From Nitrososphaerota archaeon (GTDB lineage: Archaea; Thermoproteota; Nitrososphaeria_A; Caldarchaeales; Wolframiiraptoraceae), in contig JAGGRY010000036.1 in NCBI GenBank assembly GCA_021159365.1, positions 4,840 through 68,839 of the forward strand: 64,000 bases of DNA, in the 5' to 3' direction. This document shows, in pieces, positions 18,447 through 27,454 of this stretch (its first letter is position 1; every line of letters begins with the position of its first letter). Both the position numbers and the translations under genes were made by a program. Under the pieces are notes generated by a model. That model had not been told where the DNA came from. It saw only the letters and a list, made by a program, of their open reading frames with translations, and searched no databases.

Positions 18447-19193
18447 GTGTGGTGGGGCTACCCAGGCTATTGGAGAACACCGCCTATAACTCGGCCTCTA
18501 TCGCCTGAACAGGAATTGGATTGGCTTGAGTCCTATAAACGAGGGCTAGAGGATGAGATAAACCGTATTAAGGAAGAGATTAAGAGGGTTGAGGAGGAGA
18601 TTGAGAGATTGAAGAAAGAGATCGAATCCATGCCTCCCGAAGTCCAGCAACCTTCACCAACCTATCCTCCAGCTTATCAGCCAGCTCCCATGCCTGGATA
18701 TGGAATGGAGTATCAGCCAATGTATATGCCTGGACCGGGCTATGGCATGGGTTGGGGCCGTAGGATGGGTTGGGGTAGAGGGATGGGTAGAGGATGGGGA
18801 GCTATGCCTCCAGCAGCTGCACCTCAGATGCCTCAGCTACCTCCATTAAGATCTGGAGTCAAAAGAGTTGTCGCCGCCGTCGAGGATAATAATGGATTAG
18901 ATTCTAGGATCTCTTCAAGGTTTGGTAGGGCGCCTTTCATGGCGTTCGTCGATGTCGCGGATGGAGAAGTCAAGGCCGTTAACATAATTCCAAATCAAGC
19001 AGCTAATCTCCCAACAGGAGCTGGAATAAGTGTCGCCCAATGGGTTATCTCTGCTCAAGCAACCGATGTAATCGCGCCATATCTTGGACCGAATGTCTCA
19101 ATGGTCTTCTCGCAGGCAGGTCTAAGAGTTCACTCGACTGAGCCCTTAATTCCCTTGTCAGAAGCTTTGAGAAGAGCTGGATTCATAAGATAG
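18447..19193 (+). CDS. DUF5320-like N-terminus (aromatic, coiled coil, Gly/Met/Trp-rich linker) fused to a NifX/NifB-type dinitrogenase FeMo-cofactor-binding-like domain
   Basis: N-terminus MWWGYPGYWRTPP..SPEQELDWLESYKRGLEDE is paralogous to ORF 17848. The linker is GYGMGWGRRMGWGRGMGRGWG. C-terminus KRVVAAVEDNNGLDSRISSRFGRAPFMAFVDV...GAGISVAQWVISAQATDVIA matches the Nitro_FeMo-Co-type pattern. GTG start with a GAGGTGGA SD. Confidence 0.7.
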   Translation: MWWGYPGYWRTPPITRPLSPEQELDWLESYKRGLEDEINRIKEEIKRVEEEIERLKKEIESMPPEVQQPSPTYPPAYQPAPMPGYGMEYQPMYMPGPGYGMGWGRRMGWGRGMGRGWGAMPPAAAPQMPQLPPLRSGVKRVVAAVEDNNGLDSRISSRFGRAPFMAFVDVADGEVKAVNIIPNQAANLPTGAGISVAQWVISAQATDVIAPYLGPNVSMVFSQAGLRVHSTEPLIPLSEALRRAGFIR

Positions 19194-19195
19194 TC

Positions 19196-20077
19196 ATGGA
19201 GATCGTTGTCGCCAGCGGAAAGGGTGGAACCGGCAAGACATTCCTAGCATCAAACTTGGCCATATTGATCGATGAGAAGCTCGATGGAGTCGTGGCCGCG
19301 GACGCAGATGTGGAAGCGCCAGATCTAATCCTGGCAATGGGAGGAGAGAAGAGGCTCTTAAAGAGTAGGGAGATCTGGGAGTCCATGAAGGCATCCATAA
19401 ACTACGAACTCTGCAATAGGTGTTTGAAGTGCATTGATGTATGCATGTTTGATGCAATAAGATTAGTCGATGGCAAGCCTAAGATCGTCGAAGAATTCTG
19501 CGAGGGATGTGGAGCATGTGCCCACGTATGTCCAGTGAATGCGATAAGCTTCAGGAAGGCTAAAACCGGTAGAATTTACTCTGTTGAAACCATGGCCGGC
19601 GTGAAGACCACCACAGGAGATCTAGAAATAGGTGGAAGAAATACTGGAGAACTCGTCTACCTCGTTAGAGAGGAAGCGAAGGAGTTCGCGAGAAAAGATC
19701 ACGTGAAGAATATAATCATAGATAGCGCTCCTGGAATAGGATGTCCCGTGATCTCAAGCCTATCCGGAGCAGATCTATTGATAATCGTGGTCGAGCCGAC
19801 CCCGCAGTCCCTCACGGGAGCTAAGAGGCTGTTAAAGGTCGCTGAATCGTTTAAGATGAAGGTAACCTACGTCGTGAATAAATTTGATCTAAATGAAGAG
19901 TTCCTCAAGACGATAGACTCCGAGCTTGGATTAGAATGTGTTGGGAAGATACCATACGATTCAGAAGTTCCATCATCATACTCGATGATGAGGCCGATGG
20001 CGATATATGGAATGGATACGAGAGCTGGAAGAGCGTTAAAAGAGGTATTTGAGAGCTTAGGGAGCTGGATAACTTGA
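19196..20077 (+). CDS. MinD/ParA-type P-loop ATPase with inserted 2x[4Fe-4S] ferredoxin domain
   Basis: Deviant Walker A ASGKGGTGKT. Two Cys clusters: CNRCLKCIDVC and CEGCGACAHVCP. Confidence 0.85.
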   Translation: MEIVVASGKGGTGKTFLASNLAILIDEKLDGVVAADADVEAPDLILAMGGEKRLLKSREIWESMKASINYELCNRCLKCIDVCMFDAIRLVDGKPKIVEEFCEGCGACAHVCPVNAISFRKAKTGRIYSVETMAGVKTTTGDLEIGGRNTGELVYLVREEAKEFARKDHVKNIIIDSAPGIGCPVISSLSGADLLIIVVEPTPQSLTGAKRLLKVAESFKMKVTYVVNKFDLNEEFLKTIDSELGLECVGKIPYDSEVPSSYSMMRPMAIYGMDTRAGRALKEVFESLGSWIT

Positions 20078-20958
20078 CCGAGATAATCTCAGTCGCAGGC
20101 GGGAAAGGTGGAACAGGAAAAACACTAGTCGCAGTCAACTTAGCATACATGTTAAATCAGGATCGCAGAACTCTCCTAGTTGACGTCGACGTCGATAACC
20201 CTTGCACGAGATCCTTCTTCGAGGTGAGGCAACTATGGGAGAAAAAGGTGTTAGAGTTCAGGCCGAAGATAAACCAAGATCTATGCAAGCTCTGCGGAAT
20301 ATGTGTAAGAAACTGTCCAGAACACGCCTTAGTAATGATTCCGGGAAAACAGGTGATGTTGGTTGAAGAGCTGTGCGCTGGATGCGGAGTGTGTAGACTT
20401 GTATGTCCCTTTAACGCGATCGAGGAATCATGGATTGAAGGAGGAGTCGTTAAGGGATATGAGACCGAAGATGGAATTGATCTAGTCGTCGGAGAGCTTC
20501 AGCCAACCTGCAGGAGAAGTCCGGTGATGATCTTGAAAACCCTGAATGTCGTGAAGGACCTCATAGAAAAATACGAGTATATCGTCATGGACGCGCCTCC
20601 CGGAGCGGATGCAGGAATATACTCGATAATGGATTATTCTGAGACTATCTTGGCCGTGACCGAGCCGACGCCCTTAGGTCTCATGGATCTTAAGAAGATC
20701 TATAGACTGTATCAGAAGTTCTTTCATGGTAGAAAGAGATTCATGGTGATCATCAACAAGTATGGCCTACCCGGCGGCTCCGATCAGGAGACGAGGAGAT
20801 TTCTTGAGGAAAATGGGATAGCTTGGACTACCATACCATACGATGACTTAATTGTGCGAAGCTATATCGCCGGAGAACTCATAGTAAAGGCTCATCCTGA
20901 TTCGAAGGCGGCCAGCTCCCTCAGAGGGGTCATCAAATTGCTGGGGAAGGAGATATAA
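20074..20958 (+). CDS. MinD/ParA-type P-loop ATPase with inserted 2x[4Fe-4S] ferredoxin domain (paralogue)
   Basis: AGGKGGTGKT, with clusters CKLCGICVRNCP and CAGCGVCRLVCP. Overlaps the upstream stop by 4 nt. Confidence 0.85.
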   Translation: MTEIISVAGGKGGTGKTLVAVNLAYMLNQDRRTLLVDVDVDNPCTRSFFEVRQLWEKKVLEFRPKINQDLCKLCGICVRNCPEHALVMIPGKQVMLVEELCAGCGVCRLVCPFNAIEESWIEGGVVKGYETEDGIDLVVGELQPTCRRSPVMILKTLNVVKDLIEKYEYIVMDAPPGADAGIYSIMDYSETILAVTEPTPLGLMDLKKIYRLYQKFFHGRKRFMVIINKYGLPGGSDQETRRFLEENGIAWTTIPYDDLIVRSYIAGELIVKAHPDSKAASSLRGVIKLLGKEI

Positions 20959-20984
20959 GGTTGAAGTCCTTTAGATTCTGAGGA

Positions 20985-21212
20985 TTGAGCCGTAAAAAAG
21001 CTGTCAAGTTGAAGATAGTCGATCATAGACACTGCTTGACATGCGGTAAGGCGATTCCACCTGATAAGGAGTTTTGCTCAGAGGAATGTAGGAAGAAGTA
21101 TGAACGGGCGAGGATGAGGGAGGAGAGGGTGAAGAAGATACTCTGGATAATGTATGCTGTGATGATAGGTTCTCTTTTAATTGTGATCGTGCTTAGGACG
21201 ATGATTCACTAA
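20985..21212 (+). CDS. Small Zn-ribbon protein with C-terminal TM helix (DUF2116-like)
   Basis: CLTCGKAIPPDKEFCSEECRKKY followed by the hydrophobic ILWIMYAVMIGSLLIVIVL. Confidence 0.5.
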   Translation: MSRKKAVKLKIVDHRHCLTCGKAIPPDKEFCSEECRKKYERARMREERVKKILWIMYAVMIGSLLIVIVLRTMIH

Positions 21213-21787
21213 TAAGGTCTATCCTTAAGCTTAAGCAGATATGCAATGAAGTTCGTGGATAAGTGAAGTATCGCCGTGATGACTAGGATGCAGGCCAGGC
21301 TTACAGGGTTAAACCAATCTGGAACTCCATAAATGGCCGCTGATATTATTAGGGCGATTATGAGGAAGCCGAGTTGATCCAATCCAGGAGCCGGATCCCC
21401 CCTCTTCAATCCAATTCTCCTCTTGAGGAATGAGCCGAAGATATCTCCGATCATCGCGCCCATACTCAAGATTATAGGCTCAGAGATGGATCTAAACCCT
21501 CCAAGATTTCCAGCTAAATACAAGATCACTCCGATTAGAGTTCCTCCAGCTATCCCGGAGAAAAGGCCTTCCCATGTCTTTCCATCTCCTAAGATCCTCC
21601 TCCCATCCCATGCAAATCTACGCCCATCTATCGGGGTTGTCTTCTTCAGAATTCTGGAAAATGGAACAGGTGTAGCATTAGCCACGTATACGGGGAGAAT
21701 GTAGAGGAGCGCTGCTAGAATTTTTTCGAGCATTCTTACCATGACTCGATTCCAGATCGACCTCTTAAATCCTACTCTAGAAGTCAA
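21209..21787 (-). CDS. carS: CDP-archaeol synthase (CDP-2,3-bis-O-geranylgeranyl-sn-glycerol synthase)
   Basis: LPVYVANATPV...PIDGRRFAWDGRRILGDGKTWEG...GDIFGSFLKRRIGLKRGDPAPGLDQLGF matches the CarS/DUF46 signature. Confidence 0.8.
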   Translation of the reverse strand: MTSRVGFKRSIWNRVMVRMLEKILAALLYILPVYVANATPVPFSRILKKTTPIDGRRFAWDGRRILGDGKTWEGLFSGIAGGTLIGVILYLAGNLGGFRSISEPIILSMGAMIGDIFGSFLKRRIGLKRGDPAPGLDQLGFLIIALIISAAIYGVPDWFNPVSLACILVITAILHLSTNFIAYLLKLKDRPY

Positions 21788-21858
21788 GTTCTCTGAGTAA
21801 CTCGTGAAGACTCTCCAAGAATATATGCCTTGAGTCTAAAAGAGGAGAATTTATTGAG

Positions 21859-22449
21859 ATGCAACACGGCTTGGAGATCGTGCGATGGAAGTTTTGGAAG
21901 AGAGATGAAGTGAAGGTTGTAAAGCCTTTGCCTAGGAGGATAGATGAGTTAACCGTAAGACTTGAGAACATAAGAATGAGGCTTAAGAGAAGGATAGATG
22001 AGCTTAAGCTCAGGGATAGGGAACTCTTTGAGCTGACGGTTAAGGCGAAGATGGAAAATGATCTTGAGAAGGCTAAGATCTATGCCAACGAGTTATCCGA
22101 GTTGAGAAACATGCTGAAGAGAACCATTTACAGCGACCTACTCCTCGAAGGAGTCATAAACAGGATTCAGATAATTAGAGAGTTGGATGAGGTTGGAGAT
22201 GTGATAGCCCCCGTTAGAGAGGTCTTGATGAGCATAAGAGGAAACCTGAGGGGAATCGCTCCAACGATCTCGCAGTCGATCTCAAACATAATAGACTCCG
22301 TTGAATCCCTCTCATATGAGCTTGGAACTATGAGCGATGTCTATATTCCTGAGAGAACTTTAAGCGGAGACGCTGAAAAGATTCTGGCTGAAGCGAGCGC
22401 GGTGGCGTCTCAAAGAGGGAGGAGAGAAGATGAACTTAGGACTGTTTAG
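21859..22449 (+). CDS. ESCRT-III/Snf7-like protein (CdvB paralogue without winged helix)
   Basis: 196 aa, all-helical. It has an N-terminal basic hairpin (RLKRRIDELKLRDRELFELTVKAKMENDLEKAKIYANELSELRNMLKR) and an acidic C-terminus, the typical ESCRT-III core layout. Confidence 0.65.
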   Translation: MQHGLEIVRWKFWKRDEVKVVKPLPRRIDELTVRLENIRMRLKRRIDELKLRDRELFELTVKAKMENDLEKAKIYANELSELRNMLKRTIYSDLLLEGVINRIQIIRELDEVGDVIAPVREVLMSIRGNLRGIAPTISQSISNIIDSVESLSYELGTMSDVYIPERTLSGDAEKILAEASAVASQRGRREDELRTV

Positions 22450-23110
22450 TGAAATCTCTCAACGCTTTCTTTGATAGCATATCAGCTCTTCTCAATGCTT
22501 CAGGATATCTTAATCCAAGAATGGAGACTATCTCAGGAATCTGATCCACATCAACCATGTATCCCGGACTGGCGTAGAACTTCCTCGAACCTTTAGGCTT
22601 AAACCAGTATCCGAGAGCCTCTCCCCTAACAAATACCCTTCCAAATATTTCTCCAAGTTCTTCCTCGCCCACTAGAAGAGATTTAGCTAAGCCTATCGCC
22701 GGCTTATCTAAGATGAATCCTAGGAAGACCGCGAGCCCCATCCTTCTCGGATGGAGAATTCCATGAGCGTCAACGAGCAATAGCTGCCAATCTTCAAACT
22801 CTTTAACAAGTTTAAGCATCGGCGGCCCCTCTCTAAGGAATAATAGTCCAGGAACATATGGATATGGAGGCTTGCATATCATGGTCTTTTCATCCATGAC
22901 TTCGCCTCTCCTGAGGCTCCACTTAACGGCGGCCACGGCCATCAACTCTCCTCGATATGCTGCATCTACGGAAACTATGTTTTCAAGGTCATCGGGTCTT
23001 AATCTTTTCTCAATCTTTAAAGTTCTTCCAATAGCCTTCTGTAAATCTATGAAGAATTCTTCGAGTATCTCATTCCGCTCCATCTTCACAAAATCATTTA
23101 ATGAATCCAT
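22436..23110 (-). CDS. nfi: Endonuclease V
   Basis: VSVDAAY..., LLVDAHGILHPRRMGLAVFLG and YASPGY match the EndoV catalytic motifs. Confidence 0.85.
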   Translation of the reverse strand: MDSLNDFVKMERNEILEEFFIDLQKAIGRTLKIEKRLRPDDLENIVSVDAAYRGELMAVAAVKWSLRRGEVMDEKTMICKPPYPYVPGLLFLREGPPMLKLVKEFEDWQLLLVDAHGILHPRRMGLAVFLGFILDKPAIGLAKSLLVGEEELGEIFGRVFVRGEALGYWFKPKGSRKFYASPGYMVDVDQIPEIVSILGLRYPEALRRADMLSKKALRDFTKQS

Positions 23111-23130
23111 ATTTATCTTAGTAAATCCTT

Positions 23131-24246
23131 ATGAGCTCCTCAGCCCAAGTATTTGATGATATGAAGATAGCGATAATGAGCAGATGGAATGCGACGTGTG
23201 GCGTAAGCCTTCACGCGGAGATCATCGGTAGAAAATTCAGAGAACTCGGACACGACATCATAGTCTATGCTCCAACCCTCGAATCCGCGGACACCGATTG
23301 GCATCATAGGCATATAGATGTAATCGATGAACCGTGGGTGCATAGAGTTTTCGAGGAGACCGATGAATATCTCTATCCAGCTGGAGGGAGTATAAGATCG
23401 GAAGAGCTCCTCGAAGATGATTACGACGCATTCATCCTCGAATCGGTCGTCAGATTTCCCGTTAACGAGTTTAAGAGAATCGCGTCAAAGATCAAGAAGA
23501 AGGCTCCGCTAATACTTGTGATGCATCTCGGATATATACGGGATGTGGATCCATTTATGGAGATAGATTGGGATAAAATTGTGGTCTTCGACAGCAGATA
23601 TGTCAAAGAGATACTCTCGACTTATGGACGAAGAGTTGAGGAGAAGATAGTTGAGATCCCTTATCCATGCCCAATCTTTGACGACGTGAAGCCAATTAGG
23701 CTAAAATCTTTAGAAGATGTTTTCCTCTTCTTCACATTTGGTAGACAGCCTGTAAGGGAATATCTCGACTATGTTCGCGCTTTAAGAAGACTCTCCGAGA
23801 AATACGATTTCAAATATCTGATTATTAGGAGTGATCGTGGACTGCCATTTAGAGATAGGTGGATAATTCAGAGATGCGAGAGGCCTGAGATGAAGATGAT
23901 ACATCGATATCTAAGAGGCTCGGATGTTCATCTTCTTCCAAAAGGCGATACTAGGGCCGTTGTTATCTCCTCAACTCTCGCTCAAACGATTTACTCCGGA
24001 GTTCCCATAGTCGTCCCAGATACACGGCACTTTGAGCTTATACCTGTTGACGAGAACGGATTTGGCCCGGTAGTGAAATACAGGATTGGAGACACTCATG
24101 ATCTTGAGAGGAAGTTGTCGATCTTGATGGAAGACGATGATCTCAGGAGAAGGATTTCAAAGATGGCGAGGGAATACGCCAAAAGATATAGTGATGATTT
24201 TGTCGCTAAGAAGTTTTTGAACCTGATTAAATCTTTAGGAGTTTGA
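23131..24246 (+). CDS. GT-B fold glycosyltransferase (GT4-like)
   Basis: MKIAIMSRWNATCGVSLHAE N-terminus, with a C-terminal half showing a sugar-donor-binding-like pattern. The likely real start is the ATG at 23161. Confidence 0.5.
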   Translation: MSSSAQVFDDMKIAIMSRWNATCGVSLHAEIIGRKFRELGHDIIVYAPTLESADTDWHHRHIDVIDEPWVHRVFEETDEYLYPAGGSIRSEELLEDDYDAFILESVVRFPVNEFKRIASKIKKKAPLILVMHLGYIRDVDPFMEIDWDKIVVFDSRYVKEILSTYGRRVEEKIVEIPYPCPIFDDVKPIRLKSLEDVFLFFTFGRQPVREYLDYVRALRRLSEKYDFKYLIIRSDRGLPFRDRWIIQRCERPEMKMIHRYLRGSDVHLLPKGDTRAVVISSTLAQTIYSGVPIVVPDTRHFELIPVDENGFGPVVKYRIGDTHDLERKLSILMEDDDLRRRISKMAREYAKRYSDDFVAKKFLNLIKSLGV

Positions 24247-24248
24247 TA

Positions 24249-25343
24249 TCAGTAGATTCTACCCTTATCGAGCTCCGCCATCAAGTTGTTTAATGAGAGT
24301 ATTCCCAGCCCGATCATATAGTCCGCCGCGCCATAGCTTATCACTATTTCATCCTTGCTTATCTTAACTGCTCCACATGGAAAGATCGTTAGAGGCCTAT
24401 CCCCGATCAATTCGTAAGGCGTGGTCGGCTCCATTATATATCTGGGAGTGACCGCTTCTAAGACGACTTCATGATCCGATAATGAAAGCTGAGCTGCAAA
24501 GACCCTATACGCTAACTGTTCTTTATCGGTGGCGTGGATCAGGGTTATGAGCTTCTTATCTCCGATGTTTACGAGCGGGGTGGCCCATCCAAGCTTACCC
24601 TCAAATGGCATTAAGTCAAGTACCTCGACGGCATTATCGATCTCTACTTCTTCGACTTTCATTCCGCCCATTGATAAAATCTTTGGATCGAGCTTGCTTA
24701 TCATGAGCCTCGTGGTGTCATCGATTAAATGAGGTCTATGGAGGAAGTAGAGTTTTCCATCCCCCATCTCATGAAGAAAGGCGTCTTTATCCGTTATTAT
24801 TCTGCCGAAGACCTTCGCAGACGGTATGAGTACGAAGCGCTTAATCCAATTCTTGAGATCCTCATCATAGACCGCCGTCACGGGCACAGTCCTATTCACC
24901 CTGATTGGGGAGAAGTAGTTTATCGATCTACCGGTATAAGTCATATACAGCTTGCCGCGGACCTTGTAGACTCTTGGATCCTCAGTTCCCCAAATATCAT
25001 ACTTCGTCGATGGATAGATGACTATTCTCCCGACATAGCTATTCATGTTGACGTATCCGTTGAAGAGGTCGTGGAGCGGGACCTCAACCTCAATTATGCT
25101 GCTGACATACATGTAGTATCCGAGGATCATTCTAGCATAGAGCTTTAGAGTCTCATCCTTTTCCTCGTAGACCACGCTTGCGTTGAAGGAGGTTATCGGA
25201 TGACTTACAGGATAGTTGTGAATGGTTATCCTATTGGGGCTTATCACTCCGAATCTTCCAACAATGTCCTCGGTCTCATTCTTCCTAATCTTTTTAGCCT
25301 CTTCAAACCCGGCAGCTCTCTTAAATCTAAGACTAGAGATCAC
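24249..25343 (-). CDS. GH130-like glycoside phosphorylase/hydrolase (DUF377-type beta-propeller)
   Basis: WGTEDPRVYKVRGKLYMTYTG and the repeated blade pattern resemble GH130 (PH1107-related glycosidase). Confidence 0.55.
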   Translation of the reverse strand: MISSLRFKRAAGFEEAKKIRKNETEDIVGRFGVISPNRITIHNYPVSHPITSFNASVVYEEKDETLKLYARMILGYYMYVSSIIEVEVPLHDLFNGYVNMNSYVGRIVIYPSTKYDIWGTEDPRVYKVRGKLYMTYTGRSINYFSPIRVNRTVPVTAVYDEDLKNWIKRFVLIPSAKVFGRIITDKDAFLHEMGDGKLYFLHRPHLIDDTTRLMISKLDPKILSMGGMKVEEVEIDNAVEVLDLMPFEGKLGWATPLVNIGDKKLITLIHATDKEQLAYRVFAAQLSLSDHEVVLEAVTPRYIMEPTTPYELIGDRPLTIFPCGAVKISKDEIVISYGAADYMIGLGILSLNNLMAELDKGRIY

Positions 25344-25432
25344 TGCCTAGCCACAGACCATATCCGATGGCTGTCACTCTATAAATTTTTCCACCAACAA
25401 TTTTTTAGCCTCGTAACCAACTCCTTTCATGG

Positions 25433-26452
25433 TTGAGTAGGTATAGGATAGATCTTGAAAAAATCGAGGAGTGGATTAAGGCCAAGGGATTTAGGAAGAT
25501 CTTGATCCAAGCTCCTCCAGGCTTATGGCCAGAGGCGGTGAAGGTCTCGGAATTTCTAAAGAAAAATGGTATTGAGGCGATAATTCATGGAGGTAGCTGT
25601 TGGGGCGGATGTGATGTAGCGTATCTCGAAGCCAAGTCTTTGGGACTCGACGCGATAATCCACATGGGGCATTCGAGGTTCTTGGAAAGAGATGAAGTCC
25701 CAACCTATTATCTCGAATGTAGATATGTGGATCCGGAGCCGCTTAAATCACTGCTAGGAGAGATCAAAGATCGGTTAAGTGGATGTAAGAGAATAGGGGT
25801 GGGCTTAACCGTTCAATGGCTCGACTTCCTAGACGAGCTTCTAATGAGGTTACGGAATCTCGGATTCGAGCCATATATCGGCGAACCTGTAGGAGTCTTG
25901 AGATATAGGGGACAGGTGCTGGGATGTAGCTATCACTCTCTTTTAAAGCTTGAAGAGCTGGTGGACTGCTATCTAGTGATTGGAAGCATATTTCATGGCC
26001 TTGGGCTGGCGATCCAAACGAGAAAACCCACCTATGCAGGAGACCCGCACACTCAAAGAGTCGTAAATCTCGAGGAGAGCGTTAAAAGTCTCTTAAAATC
26101 CAGATATAGCTATATTCAAGAATTCAAGAGAGCACGGCGAATTGGAGTGCTATTAAGCGTTAAGCCTGGTCAAAAGAGAGTTAAATTAGCCGTGGAGCTC
26201 AAGAAGATAATTGAAGAGGCTGATAAGATCTCGGAGATCGTGGTGGTGGATGACGTAAGGGAAGATTATCTACTGGATCTCCCACATGAGGCCTTCGTGA
26301 ACACCGCTTGCCCAAGGCTCTCGATAGAGGATCAGGAGAGATTGAGGAAGCCTATCCTGCTACCCATGGAGGTGGCCGTTGCTCTTAATAAGGCGAGTTG
26401 GGAAGAGATGATCCGAACTCCAAGATATATGGCCATGGAGATACCTTTATAG
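25433..26452 (+). CDS. dph2: Diphthamide synthesis radical-SAM enzyme Dph2 (2-(3-amino-3-carboxypropyl)histidine synthase)
   Basis: 339 aa. KILIQAPPGL...GGSCWGGCDVAYLEAKSLGLDAIIHMGHSRF...NTACPR parallels archaeal Dph2. Confidence 0.8.
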   Translation: MSRYRIDLEKIEEWIKAKGFRKILIQAPPGLWPEAVKVSEFLKKNGIEAIIHGGSCWGGCDVAYLEAKSLGLDAIIHMGHSRFLERDEVPTYYLECRYVDPEPLKSLLGEIKDRLSGCKRIGVGLTVQWLDFLDELLMRLRNLGFEPYIGEPVGVLRYRGQVLGCSYHSLLKLEELVDCYLVIGSIFHGLGLAIQTRKPTYAGDPHTQRVVNLEESVKSLLKSRYSYIQEFKRARRIGVLLSVKPGQKRVKLAVELKKIIEEADKISEIVVVDDVREDYLLDLPHEAFVNTACPRLSIEDQERLRKPILLPMEVAVALNKASWEEMIRTPRYMAMEIPL

Positions 26453-26536
26453 CTTCACGTTATGGCGGAAGAAAATTAGATCACGATTGGGGGAATAGCT
26501 TATAGATAGAAAGTGTTGAAGATATCTTGAAGTGAG

Positions 26537-27115
26537 ATGGTATTCTTAAAGGACGGCGAACTGGCATCCCCTGGAGAGCCCATATGCGTTACAGAAGAGT
26601 ATATGCCTGGAGAGAATGTGAGGCTCGATAAGGGAGGAGTCGTGGTCTCGATCCTCAGGGGTAAAGTGAGCTATGATCATGAAAGAAGGATTGTGAGAGT
26701 TGAGCCTCTTAAGCTCGTTGAGAAGCTTAAGGTCGGCGATAAAGTATTAGTGGAGGTCAAGGAAGTTCAAGATAAGATAGCGATAGCTAACATATTATCG
26801 ATTAATGGAAGACTTGTCAAGCATCCGAAGACGGCGGTCATCCTTCCAAATCCGGGGATGAAGAAGACCATGGATCAATATGTTGGGATAGGGGATCTAG
26901 TTGTGGCCTCGGTGGTGACGACCTTTATGGGAATCATAGGACTGTCTATATGGAGGCAGGACCTAGGAGTGGTGTTGGCGAGATGTAACAAGTGCTCCGG
27001 AATGCTAAAGAAGGTTAGGAAGAGGTTAATCTGCGTGAGATGTGGGAAAGGGGAGAAACGTAAAATAGTTCCACAATACGGTAGCATAGCATACTTAATC
27101 TCCATAATGGGGTGA
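26537..27115 (+). CDS. csl4: Exosome complex RNA-binding subunit Csl4
   Basis: N-terminal PGEPICVTEEYMPGENV, a central S1-like domain and a C-terminal zinc ribbon CNKCSG...CVRCG. Confidence 0.8.
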   Translation: MVFLKDGELASPGEPICVTEEYMPGENVRLDKGGVVVSILRGKVSYDHERRIVRVEPLKLVEKLKVGDKVLVEVKEVQDKIAIANILSINGRLVKHPKTAVILPNPGMKKTMDQYVGIGDLVVASVVTTFMGIIGLSIWRQDLGVVLARCNKCSGMLKKVRKRLICVRCGKGEKRKIVPQYGSIAYLISIMG

Positions 27116-27119
27116 GGAG

Positions 27120-27395
27120 ATGGAGCTCAGGATAATAAGAGTTAGGGATGACTTCTTGGAGCTTGAAGCCCTGGAGGAAGATCCAGCCTTCTTCGATTCC
27201 CTAAGCGAGCTAATTCAAAAACTGGATGGAGTGGAGTATGCTGGGATAACGATAGAGCATCCATTAACGAAGAAGATAATCATGCGCGTCAAAACGAATC
27301 CCTCAAAGATAAAGGCTGTGGACGCGGTAAAGAGATCGATTCAAGAGCTAAAGGGGATCTCTGAAGAGCTTAGAGAGGCCTTCGAGAAGCTTTAG
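27120..27395 (+). CDS. rpoL: DNA-directed RNA polymerase subunit L (Rpo11)
   Basis: 91 aa. LELEALEED...GVEYAGITIEHPLTKKIIMRVKT matches the Rpo11 pattern. Adjacent to csl4, as in the archaeal exosome superoperon. Confidence 0.75.
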   Translation: MELRIIRVRDDFLELEALEEDPAFFDSLSELIQKLDGVEYAGITIEHPLTKKIIMRVKTNPSKIKAVDAVKRSIQELKGISEELREAFEKL

Positions 27396-27454
27396 TCATA
27401 GAGCCGTTTTAAGAGCATCTAATGTTATAATGTGAGATCTTTAAAGATTATTGG

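Noticed and set aside
18202-18508. Alternative-frame ORFs (18202-18480 minus, 18317-18508 plus) overlapping the Trp-rich gene
   Set aside because: Repetitive, compositionally biased DNA keeps several frames open. The + frame at 18117 is preferred because of its SD-like element, its operon spacing, and its compositional kinship with the flanking aromatic-rich proteins. This choice remains unproven.
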